Assembly (NCBI GenBank): GCA_002189035.1
Contig: CM007990.1
Location: forward strand, 6,129,690 to 6,193,689
Direction of reading: 5' to 3'
Length of the DNA: 64,000 nucleotides
DNA from: Utricularia gibba
Lineage: Eukaryota > Plantae > Magnoliophyta
A program made the translations under genes and the position numbers. A model generated the notes under the pieces. That model had not been told where the DNA came from. It worked only from the letters and a program-made list of their open reading frames with translations, and ran no database searches. Below, in pieces: positions 50,965 to 63,052 of the stretch. Within the stretch, counting starts at the first letter, position 1. Every line of letters begins with the position of its first letter.

Positions 50965-51534
50965 ATGAAGGCAACGTTGCTCCTCTGCATTCCCCTGTGG
51001 CTCGGCAGTGCGTTAGCCTCCGGGTCTCGCGTTCACAATGACCCCCATACAAGCCAAAGGTACGTGGTGGCACCTGGTCATGATCATCATGCAGCCCTGA
51101 AGAGGATATGTGGCAGCACCGACCATCCGGATCTCTGCTTCTCCTCACTTTCTCCCTTACTAACGGACGGCAAGGAAACCGTTGATTCCGCTCTCGATGC
51201 ATCAGTGAATGCGGACGACAAATTCGGGCACTACGCCCTTGATGAGATCAAGAAGATGGCTCGTAATGCACCGCCGGACATGCGTCCCACTTTCAAGGAC
51301 TGCATAGATTTCTACGAGACCGCCTTGGAGGGGTTCACCAAAACTTTGCAAGCTCATCCTGTTCATGATTTGGGCACCATGAAGGTCCAACTCAGCGCAG
51401 CCATCACCTGGTTAGAAACCTGCGAGGATGAATTTTCTGAATCAGGCAGCGCTTCTCCACTGAAAGGCTTTGCCGAGAAGCTGCAGAGTATGACCAGCGA
51501 CAGCCTTGCCATTGTTGATCAGATGCACGCATGA
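50965..51534 (+). CDS. Pectin methylesterase / invertase inhibitor (PMEI domain) secreted protein, intronless
   Basis: Signal peptide MKATLLLCIPLWLGSALA; four-Cys pattern ICGSTDHPDLC...DCIDFYETAL...LSAAITWLETCEDEF. Confidence 0.88.
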   Translation: MKATLLLCIPLWLGSALASGSRVHNDPHTSQRYVVAPGHDHHAALKRICGSTDHPDLCFSSLSPLLTDGKETVDSALDASVNADDKFGHYALDEIKKMARNAPPDMRPTFKDCIDFYETALEGFTKTLQAHPVHDLGTMKVQLSAAITWLETCEDEFSESGSASPLKGFAEKLQSMTSDSLAIVDQMHA

Positions 51535-52616
51535 GCATCCTACCTACATGGATGGTTGGATAATGAAGATTATTCATTCCCATGTCTAACTGAATATCTG
51601 TTTGGTACTAGTTCTCATTTTACTTTTAAATAAATCAGGCCGCGGTTCCTCTCCCAAGGGGATTGGAAGGGGTGCCTCAGCTTGCCCGTTGTATTAGTGA
51701 GTAGATTGTTTGAATGGTCGGAAGGGGGATGCCTATGACTTGAAATCTGAGAATGGAATCTTGCATCCTTGTTGAGATGGAGATATTTCATACCCCAATA
51801 GTTAAATAAATAAATGCTAATATTTTGTTTTCGTTGACAACGTTGCAAGGAGTAGGACTACATATGCCAAGTTATGCGGAAAAGCCCCTGCACATTAATT
51901 TATATTTCTTTCATCTTTGGATTAAATATGAATGTTTGAGTATTTCATGTGACATTAAAAGAAATGGTGAGTGATTTTTGGTAAAAAGTTACATTAATTT
52001 TAAAATTGCATGAGAGGGAAATTGATCTGGATGGACCGGACCATAAGAATTTAGGGCCGTTGTGAACCTGGCGTGTCGTGTCTGTTTACCCGCCGCATGG
52101 GCATGATTGTTGTTGAAGTGGCCAAAGATGGCTAATTGGTTTAGAAGTCCGAGTTCCGCAGGCACATGGTAATTCAACTACTGCAGGCAACTAACTACTA
52201 TTGAGGACTGACATGCTCCCCTCCGGTTTCATCTTGTGCGGAGACGACGCCACCACGTGAACATCAACTCCTTCGTCCACCAACTTCAAAAATCTGTCTT
52301 TCTATTTACCCGGAATGCTCATAGTTATCAAGGAGTTTCAACGGTGGGAGATTCTTGAGCTTAGAATTGGAAATGTGACATTGAAAAATACTTTTTAGTT
52401 GTATAGATCTGATATTTAACTAAAAAAATTTTAGTGTCTGCACAGTTTGGATGTGACCCCTCCATGGAGGTCGGGTGTTGGAGAAATGCCCACGATGGCT
52501 CCTAGTCCTCGCTATAATACTGTGGCGCTTCAATTCTGTATATAAACATGGCCGCACCACTCTCATTTCTTCCATGAGCTCAATTAAATCCTGTGCACTT
52601 CTCGTTCATTCTCAAA

Positions 52617-54074
52617 ATGGGCGTGAATCCTTGTTACGACAAAGTTGGGCTCAAGAAAGGCAAATGGACTGCGGAAGAGGATGAGAAACTCATGAATTAT
52701 ATTAAGGCCAATGGAGTTGGCTCCTGGAGATCGCTCCCCAAAAATGCTGGTGTGGTACCCTCACCCTCATCCTACCATTGGAAAAAACCTTCTGTCATCT
52801 TGTTTACAAGTTCTCTTCTCCTTCAATAGGGTTGCTGAGGTGCGGCAAGAGCTGCAGGCTAAGGTGGATGAACTATTTGAGAGAAGGCGTGAAAAGAGGA
52901 AACTTCACAGCGGAGGAGGAGGAGACCATAGTCAGGCTGCACCGAAGCTTGGGAAACAGGTCACTAACTTTATTCTTTCTTTTCCTGCCATTATACTTTT
53001 TTAGGTTTCTGTGATGATTCTGCCTCTTCTTTTGTTGTTTTTGGGTTTCAAAAAATACACTTGCATGTAGTTAAGTTAAGCGTCGTTGAAAAACAACCAA
53101 CTTCAAAATAATACCTTGTGTTTTCAAAAGATGAACCATTTAGAATACTCAATGGCAATTAAATGGTCGGGGCGTGTCCTGGGTGGAGTCGGTTGGGAAT
53201 GGGAGAAGAGGGGGCTTATCTGATCTTGTGTGTACAAAATGATTGTGGTGTCGAGTCGGGTCGCGTCGCGTCCGGTCCTTTAGCAGTGGCCCCCTGTGTT
53301 TGTTGATGGCAATGAACGACTGATCTTGTGTGTGGCGTGTGGTTGTGCAGGTGGTCAATTCTCGCCAGCCATCTGCCGGGGAGAACAGATAACGAAATAA
53401 AGAACTACTGGAACTCCCATCTCAGCCGTGAGATCTACCGATTCCGATCGACTGGGAATGATGCGCCATGCGATATCATGTCGTCCATCACAGCCAAGAA
53501 ATTGACGCCCAGAAAATACAATATCATCAGCAACTCCAAAGATTCGACAAAAAGGGGAAGTGAACTGGTGCTGGAAGAAAAGAAGAGGGCCTTGGAGGTG
53601 GGTGCTCTCCTCTGCCGTTGTGAAAGCAGCAGTAGCAATGGCAGCTGGGACAAGGAGAAGTTATTAGGCGCAGAAGTACGGACTGAAGCCTTTATGCAAC
53701 ATGAGGGCTCACCCACAAAAGTGGAAGATGATGACGCTCATAGGGATATACTAATGGGAGCACTTAGAGACGTGGTGAATGAAGAAGAACAAGAGGAAGA
53801 GACGCTATTATTGAACGCACGAGTAGAACAAGGAGGTTTTCTCGAGAGTGAAAAAAGGAGCAACCGACGAATGGATGAAATACTATCACCATATAGTGAA
53901 GAAACCGACCATGGGGCTTGGAGTTGGAGGTCTACGTGGGATCATCTTTATCCTTGTTGTTCATCCCCACTAAACTCTTATTTCTTCCCAGATCAGCTTC
54001 ACTGGAATACTAATGGATCATCATCGTCGGAGGATACGCTTAGGATCGAAGAGGAGCACATTTTGCTTTGGTGA
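52617..54074 (+). CDS. R2R3-MYB, MYB12/MYB111/P1-like repeat region (exons 52617-52749, 52830-52959, 53351-54074)
   Basis: [17 protein letters not shown]...[11 protein letters not shown]|[17 protein letters not shown]...LGNR|[28 protein letters not shown]; canonical 133/130-nt exons. Confidence 0.9.
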
Positions 54075-54495
54075 TGTAATGTGTAATGTAAGAGACCTCA
54101 TTCTTGTAATCTCATTCTATCTATTCCGGACCACTCCTCGATTGGTTAAAAGGCCTTTTAATTAGAATGACGTGTTCGCTCACAAATCACAATTTTAAGA
54201 AGAATTTTGTCTTCACACCCACCTCCTCTCTCTCTGCCTGGACAGAAAGGATAGTGAATCTAGATATCTGCCTCACCCGTGATTTTATATGTTTGAATAC
54301 TGTACAATATCCAAATTATTACGCGATTGCTTGCAAAAAAGTTCACCAACAAGGACAGGAGATAGGATTAGAACACAAAAAGGAATATCTAGCCTTTAAG
54401 CAACCTTTGCTCCAAGCGATTCTCCAATATCCACTCAAAACGTTCATTACTCCTTGGTCTTCGTTGTATTTCAACACAGACGGCTGACTGATGTA

Positions 54496-55392
54496 ATGGC
54501 TATGGGAGTCACCCATGCAGATCTTGCTCCGAGCCCGAGAGGCTGTCAACTCGGGAGCAAAACGGGCGCATTCCTAATGGTGTTTTCCATCTTCCTCGGT
54601 CTCCTCTGCTTCATACTCTGTCTTATAGCCGAGACTTGTCGCTCAGAGGTGTCTTTGCTTTTGTGAGTATTGTCATCCACAAGACGGATTGGATCATCGT
54701 ATGATATTTGTGCAGGTAAAGTGGGAGGAATCAGGGTGTGCTTATTCAGGGAGTGGAGAAGTTCCTCTTCTATCTGCCACAGCGGCGTTTTTGTCCCTTG
54801 GGGTGGCGGTGGCAGTGCAGCATATATATTTACTTGTGGCGGTTAGTCAATCACCCTCACTAGGTGAAGTTTCTTGGGCAGTTCCCCTGGCATGCCGGGC
54901 CGGAATTTTGTTTTTCTCAACATGGTAGGTCCAGTCCTTTGTTCATTGAAATCAAATACATCAACTACCATTTAATTTGATGCGAGTTGAGATGGCTGGT
55001 ACAGGACTTCCTTCGCCGTGGGAGAGATTCTACTGTTGATCGGACTGAGTGTGGAGTCCGGGCACCTGAATAATTGGGCAATTTCAAGGCCCAGTTGTGT
55101 GGTGATTGGACGAGGTTTGTTCACAAGCGCGGGTATTCTGGGACTATTGACTGTGTTTCTTGCATCGGGCCTCTGCATAACTGCCCTCAGAATCCAAACA
55201 CACTTTCAAGAACGCCAAAACACCAGACAGGAGATTTTAGATATCTCCGCTACTTACGCATCTCCATCTCTGTCTCCTGTCAGGCTGGCATCAGCAAGTT
55301 CCACCATCACTGGAAGTGGAAGAGGACAGAACATCGTCACTTTGCATCATCAATTCTTGAGCTACATCGATAAAATTTCAAGGCTGGTGTAA
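54496..55392 (+). CDS. DUF1218 family membrane protein (3 exons)
   Basis: GVTHADLAPS...LGSKTGAFLMVFSIFLGLLCFILCLIAE; CAYSGSGEVPLL; GEILLLIGLSVESGHLNNW..RPSC...GLFTSAGILGLLTVFLASGL. Confidence 0.82.
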
Positions 55393-55663
55393 ATGAATGC
55401 ACTGATGCATAAAAATGCGGTTGATGTTGAGGATGGATACGAGAATACATTGTGAAACTGTAGTTAGGGTTCAGTGATTTTCCATGCTCAAATAAGGTTC
55501 CAGGGACTCTCTATGATCACATTAAATAATACAAACGAAAGCGTAATTGTAATACAACAGGGTAATTCAAAAACGAACAAAGATTTACAGTTTCCAAAGG
55601 AAGTATGTCCGACTACCAGCATCACACAAACAAACGAGAGGATCTTCTTCACATTTGGGGCCT

Positions 55664-58491
55664 CTATGGAGGCACGGATAACATTGGATTTCCTGGAGTA
55701 AACCTGAGATGAAGTGATTTCCCACCGCTTCATCATACTTAACTCCGTAGATAGAAAAAATTAACTCACGCGAAGTTACCTGAGTAGCAATCCAGGTTTG
55801 GTTGTCAGGTTTCTTGGTATGCCACCAGTGAGATTGTTATTTTGCAGAAAGCTGCGCAGTAGTGAAAAGATTCGTGTCATAACCCACTAATAATCTCCAT
55901 AGAATTCAGTCACCCACCAAATGGAGATGGAGGAAGCATTATCCTCAGACTACAAGCGCGGTGCAGAAAACATAAATTCAAGACAAAACATGCGAATCTA
56001 AAAAAAAATGCCAACTACCTTCAAACAATTAAAAAAAGAAAATGGAGTGCATGCCACAGTCACAGATGTCCTTTTTTTGGAATACAACTCACAGTTCACG
56101 GAGTCTTCTCAAGTTTCCTAATGAGGGAGGAATAACTCCATTGAGCTGATTGCCTTCCAGATGCCTGCGTGGAAAAACGAGCACTTGGGTAAAAAAATGC
56201 AAGCACCGACTGCTGCCAAACCGTCATCTCTCATGCCATCTAAAAATGATCTCACGATAATTTTTTGTACACAGACAATAATAGTTGACAGCAGACCGCA
56301 CTTACAAGATCTCCAATCCTCTCAACGTACTAACATCTGGTATCATTCCGCCCAAGCTGTTGTTCCAAGCATGCTATAATGACAAAACATATGCCATAAA
56401 TTGGGAGCATGAAATCCGTTGAACCATGAGAAAATTTACAGCTTGATATTTACTCACATGCTTTTCAGAGCTGTCAGCCGCGCAATGCTGGGGATATGGA
56501 TCCCGAAAGACCTAGGCTGCTTAGATTTCTGACAACATTGAAAAATAGATGTTTAAACCTTTTTCTTATCTGCTTCAAAATTCAAATGATGAAAAACCTT
56601 CTAACAATGAAAACGGGATCAAGGGGGTCAAGGGAATAACTACATATACAAAATAAAATAGTATATACTATCATCCAACTCACAAGGCGACCACACGAAC
56701 ACGAGCTTCTCCTGAACAAGTGACCCCAGTCCATGGATATTGGGTAGGTAAACATGGCTCACCGTACCAGTCAGTTGGAGGGTTCTTGAAGCTGTTTCGT
56801 AAATCTATCATTGCAATTACTGCATGTGTATAACATCACACAAACAGGATCTTCAACATCCACCAAAATATTACATTAAATTAGAATATAGCCAGTTCAG
56901 CATTGCACAAAACACAGTCCTACCATCTCGTGGCAAAGTTCTTCCACCCACAGGAAGTAACTGGAAAATCTCTCCAGCATTGATTAGTGGGCCAGCCGCT
57001 GACCCAGGAATACTAGTCAAGGTCAGGTTTGTACTTCCAGAGAGAGGCCACAAGTTTGCAAATACAACAAGACCAGCTGGACTGACAGTCAAGTTCTTGT
57101 AGTATGTTACGCCACTTAAAATTATATCCATCATCCTTGAGCTTCCTGAAGAAGTCTGAAAATCTGCAAAGTAAAGAGCTATAGAATAATTACACAGGGG
57201 TAGAAGACCAGGAGGCCAGAGTAATGTTAGATGCTCTGCTGGGCTCTTTGTCAATCGTGTCTCGAACACTTTTGATGGTGGCAGGTTCCATATGCCAGAA
57301 ACAGAAAGTTCTCTTGAACTAGATTGGCTAGATGAATGTTCCCCAAATGGTTGCCAGAAGCGATAGAATTGATCATCAGGATGTCTGTTGAATAATACAG
57401 CCTATGTGACCAACAACCAGTAATAACATGATTCATTGCTGAAAAATGTACATTTGAATTTCCTTTTGTAACACCAAACACGCAGACAAGTTATTTTGAA
57501 ATAAATCAATTTGGGTAAATACTGATAAGCCATAAAATCCACATAACATTCCATCCAATCTCCAAACCATTAAAAAGGGTGTTTGCCTTTTCATTTTCTA
57601 ATATTAAAATGCTAAGCGTTCTGTTGAGACTTCAATAGGAGCAAAAAAAAGAAAAAAAAAAGAAAAAAGAAAAAAAAAAGAAGCTACAACACTACACCTC
57701 ACGTCAACCATCTGAAGCTAGCCAAAGAATGATCTCCATTAAAAAATGCAAAAAGGAACGCAAAACTTACTCAATCATCTCCCCAGCGTACCCAAAACTA
57801 TGTCTCGCAACCAAACTTAGATAATTTGCTCTGAAGTCCGTATAATTATATACTTGATCCCACAAACGCACAACTTCTAGTGCAGAGATAAAAGGATCAG
57901 AATCCGTGTAGGTGTTTGCTGCCAAACACACGCTTAAATTTCTTCCCTTCGGCATAAAGACTACTTCATAGTAGCTTGCATTCCGATTAAGATAATCTGC
58001 AGTTGTATTAACCTTAGTCCATAATGTGCCGTCGACAATCTGATCAAAAACAGGAGGATTAGCATTCCCATTCACACCACCATAGTAATACGTGGTCCTG
58101 ACTAAGTACTTCCTCGTTCGATGAACAGGGATTTCGTAGCAAAACTTTCTAAAAACGTTGTTCTGGAGAGGAAATGATCGCACAGTCGAGAGAATAGGGA
58201 TCAGGCCTTCCACTTGAACGTTCTTTGATATCCCAAAATTTACGTATTGGGCATCTGGAAGCCAGCGGATACCCTTGATCGTGGCCTCAGAATCAGCTCC
58301 GCAATCAATAAAAAAGTCTGCAACAGAATTCGAATTACATCTAACAAAAAGTTGGCCAGCTATAGAAATAACCTAAAAAAGAGATTCCTTCACATTCAAA
58401 TCCAGGGTGTGAACATTCTACCTGGGAGCGTCTGGGAGATGGAAAGTGGAAGCAGCAAATGAAAGGCCAAGAAGAAAAGACTGGCAGTCAT
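55664..58491 (-). pseudogene. Secreted malectin-like + LRR protein (At3g19230/At3g05990-like) with two frameshifted LRR exons
   Basis: Signal peptide; FFIDCGA; VRSFP; KYLVRTTYYYGG; PPVFDQIVDGT; DPFISALE; PPTDWYGEPCLP. LRR exons 56528-56458 (71 nt) and 56373-56306 (68 nt) are each 1 nt short, with TGA following the first lesion. No transmembrane segment before the final stop. Confidence 0.7.
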
Positions 58492-58859
58492 GTTGATGCC
58501 CTAACGGAGAAAGACGAAAACGCAGATATGTCCAGGAAGATTAATGCAGCGATTGAGTGGAAAGAGGAGATGTCGGCGATCTGCAGAGACGAGATGGAGT
58601 CGTTGAAGAGGAAAGCATCGGTATACAGTCTTGGTAAACGCAGGAAGACGACCAGACCAGGTCATAGGCGGGGTTGTTGTGGGCTGGGCGGTGGCCATTC
58701 CATCTGTTGTACTGCTTGCACATTTCATCATAGTAATTTGACAATTTGAGGTACATGGCTAACATCGTCAAGAAAGGACGCACCGCCCCCTCGTTTTGAC
58801 ATACAATGCGACTTTCTACGGGAAAAATTCTTCTACGGACTATATTAGATTGGATTTAC

Positions 58860-61800
58860 TTATACAGCTCTGTACGTGAAGTCTAAGAAAATTATCGAGG
58901 TATTATCCTTGGTGCGCAGAGCTCTCGCTTCGGCCAGCAACACGTTAGCTACCCCGTCAGCACTATTCTCCCCTTCTACCCTGTCCTTGTCCAGCGCCTA
59001 CGGTAACATAAAGTGAAAGTGAAGGTGATGATGCATTTTATTCTAGGTATGCCCTTTCAGAAAACACAATCTCTCACCTGATGGACGAGTTGAACGGCTC
59101 TCTTGACATTCACAACATCCCAGAAACCGTCACTAAATGAAGACGACGCTTAGCAAGTTACTAACTAATAAAACACCTAAAGCGAGTTCCCGAGGCAAAC
59201 TCACCTAGCTAACAGGGCAAAGCCATCTCCAGAAACATTCATTTGAGTAACTTCACTTATATAAGGTTCCGAACTGAAGCGTATGTCCTGCTCCTTCAGA
59301 AATTTGTCACCAAGCATCCTGGCGAGGTTCATCCCTGTATCAGAAACACAACCCCTATAATGAGGATGTAAAACCCGTCACAAGTACATAACAATGTGTC
59401 ACCACAAATTCGAGTTTCTCCATCTCTCAGAGGTGGACCTAATGCCTCGATCCGTAGTCTTTCGGAATGGCTGGTTATTCTGTGGTCCTCAGTCATCTTG
59501 ATTAGCATTCCTCCAATACTTCCACATGAATGAATGGAGAAATTAGTACAAGAACGAATAGCTCATCTAGGAGAAAAAGATTTAAATAATTGCAGTTCTT
59601 TGGCAGTAGTTAAAAAAAAAAAGCAAATCTTGGTGGCGTGAGACGCTCATAAATGATTCAAGACGCCAGCACACTTCGTTATTAAAAAAGCATTTTAGGT
59701 CTATTACAAAGTCACTAACGAGAGCATTTTATCAACTTCAACAGAAAAAGTGCTAATGCAGCATTCACAAAAACTCATTTGTCCAGGAACCCACCTCACA
59801 ACACAAGCTGAGTCTCCAACGTTGGCACATTGCAAAAAGAAATTTGCCTCGTCATCAACCCAAACCAGAACAACTGTTGCAGTACAACCCTGAAAAAGTT
59901 TCATTCTTAGGAGACCACCATGTTACAATTTGACGAAAACAGAACTCAGTTTCATTACGCTATTGAGTCTGATCATGCGATTTCATCTCCAAAAGCTATA
60001 GCACAAGTAAAAGTGGGGAAAAAATGCCAGGTTCAATGAATTGTAGCATGCAATACCAAAATAGAAGAGCACCTCATAATAGTGATTAATTTTAGCTTCT
60101 GTTTCATGGAACGCTTCTCTAAGGACATCAGAAGCATCACAATACAATAAAACCTTCTCTCTTCTGAAGTTATTTGACAAGATTCCAGCAATTGCTGTTG
60201 GCATTATCCTGTAACAGACAATTTGCATTAAGCAACATTTTTAAATAGAAATAGCGTTATGAAATTTTCAAAAGCATATAAATAACAACTTGCTGGCGGA
60301 AGTGGCTGCATTAACTCCCCCATGTCCATCATAAATTCCAAAAACACCGAACTGCAATACTAAATTTCAGAACCCAATCGTATTTCAAGGGCTCGATAGT
60401 GACTAGGTCTGACACCAAAACCTGATCAAGTCCTGGAAGTGGCCACCTATCGAAGCAGACATCTTCCATGGGCAACTTTTTCCCTCCTCGACGTAAAGCC
60501 ATAGAATCTGATGCTTTACCAATCCCGAAGGGCAAATTTCTAATTGTTTGAAAAGTAATATGGACCTGCACGCAATTACTGAATAAATGGGAAAACTACA
60601 TAGCAAGTGCACGATTACTGTTCACATTGTTTATGAAAAACAATATACTCCAAAAAGGAGGGTTTCCTGTTGCATGTGCTTACCAAAACCTTTGAACCTG
60701 TGCCCAAAGTAATTATGTCACCATCTGAAAGCTCCACAGGATCACTCCAACATCTGTTTTTAGATTGAGGAAGCTGGACCACTATGGAGTTCAATAATGT
60801 ACCATTCAAGCTACCCATATCGATTAGCTCCCATTTAAATTTCTACATCATTACATAAAGCATAATAGCAATCAGAGATCATATCATAATTTATTAGACA
60901 GAGAAGACAATCTTACATTGACATTCCAATTAATCATAGCATGCTTTCCAGAAACCTCTGAGTCCTTTAGTATGACTTCACATGGGGAAACTCTTCCAAT
61001 GGCCACCTGAAGCTTGGAGGAGTTTTTTGATTGAAATGAATATTGAGAACCGTAAGAAGGACCACATATCACCTCCAGCAGGAGAGTGCTTCCTGCACTT
61101 CTTAGACAATCCATGATCAATTTCTTTCCACACAACCAACATAGAAACAGATACCAACACCCTCCCAATTGTTGTGATCCAGATATAAAACAATCCCAAT
61201 GTAGTTAAAGGAATAGGAAAACAAATTACTTAGGCTTGAATCACCGGTGGGAGAAAGGTCACTGAGCAAGCCCCTGTGATTGCCATTCGTATCTTCTCCT
61301 GTTTTCCTCAATTGTTCTTCAGTAAAATGTTTCACTGGCACGGCATGCTTCAGCGTCAAACCCACTGAAGAATCTTCAAAAGAGTTTGCAGAGTGAAGAA
61401 CAGATCTACTGCCTGGAATAAGACAAGATTATGATTTCCCAAATTCATTTGGTAATATAAGAGAATCAGAATAAAGAGACTAAAATCCATTACTATTCTC
61501 ATGGAGATAAGATAATGGATGGCAACTAGCTTGTTTTGATTCTGAAATTGACTGAGGTAGTCCAACATGGTGCTCCGGTTGAAGACTAGACTGCTCAGTA
61601 GTGTCACCGGAGGCAGACCCACAGTTTAGGCTTTCAGAAAGAATGGAGTCTTCTGAGATAAGAGGTCTTTCAATGTCATCAACCTGCATTGGCAAATGCC
61701 ACGTTTTGCATAAGAAAGACAGCCGGAAGCAAACGCATTTGCACACAAAAGCACATATATGAAGAGAAGTTAACGCTGACGAGATATACAAGTCCCAAAG

Positions 61801-62391
61801 ATGATATTGTAGGAAAAAAAAACTTTAGACACTTTTTCAGTATTCAACGAGTCCCCGAATCAAATGACGTGAAACCCGGAACTCTATGCACGTAGCACAC
61901 GTAGCTAGAATGCTCAAACAACTTAAATTTAATGCTAAAATCGATCGACCACCAAAATAGCGAGTGCAACGTATCATTAACAAGTGACAATCAGCGCCAT
62001 GAAAACTGGCGAGGACCACGGATAAAACCGAACAATGTGCACATAATCAAAGCCAAAAGAACAATGACAAATTATTGCGAGTTAACAAAAATTTAATCCA
62101 GCGTACGAATCAGGTAGTGGATGAAAATCCAGAGCCTCAACTTTGAAAATTGGGGGATTCGAAGGGGAAAGGGTGAGAAGACACCAAATTCCATGTAGAC
62201 CATAAATCAAAGAAATCTAAGACCTTGGGCGACGCGGAGGACAACAGGGAATTGCAGCGGCGGAACGGATTGAAATAGCAAGCGAAAAGGATGAAGATGA
62301 GGAGCGCAAGAATGAGAATCGGGGCTGCTATCTCCAAGAAAGGCAAAGATACTAAAATGCCGGCACCGGAGAGGCGCATCTGCTCCCCCAT
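58860..62391 (-). CDS. KAPP: Kinase-associated protein phosphatase (N-terminal anchor, FHA domain, PP2C domain), multi-exon
   Basis: Hydrophobic anchor; DDIERPLISED; FHA GRVSP...KDSEVSGKHA...DMGSLNGT; ASDSMALRRGGKKLPMEDV; DGHGG; CANVGDSACV; NLARMLGDKF; SDGFWDV; RTKDNTSIIFLDF. All exons inspected are in frame. Confidence 0.95.
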
Positions 62392-63052
62392 CAGAAGCTA
62401 GTACGGGGGTTTGCCCAAGAGGATGAGATGAGAAAGGAAATTCACTTTTATTCGATTTATGCTGTACGTGGGCTTTCCGACAGCCAGGAAACCGCTCGAC
62501 GAGCGATTGGAAGAGGGGTGAGCAGATGGGCCATGAGAAGGTTAATGACTCCTGCACTCTGTGTTAACGACTAGGCCCGGATTATGATCGAGAAAGCCCA
62601 TATGTACCATTGCTGCTGATGTTGCATATCATCGTGTTCGGTTACGAAGATCCATCTTCCACCCTATTTCCAGATGGATCATCAGATGTTGTTCCAGCGC
62701 CACGTTCAATTATCAATTGAAGGTGTAGGGATTAAACGATTTGCAAATATGGAGGAGGATGACATGTGAGTTTTTTGTGTTACAAGTGCATGCTTCTTAA
62801 ATTCTGATGTAATCTTAATTTTCTCTATCATATACTTCTGATTTTCCATACAAGATGTAGCGAATCTAGTGAAATACATAAATATAATAATGTGTATATA
62901 AGTACACTATGATAATTGTTCTTGATTCTTTAGTCCATAAAATTCTTCTGAATAAAGTCTTGCAACCACCATGATAAATTCATTACAAAGCCCATGGGAC
63001 ATGATTCCTACATGTGGTTTAAGGCTTAAGGTTCATAGTTTCAAGTTGAGAG

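Noticed and set aside
53409-53430. miR828 site in the MYB (WNSHLS codons)
   Set aside because: Too many mismatches, including in the seed-pairing region.
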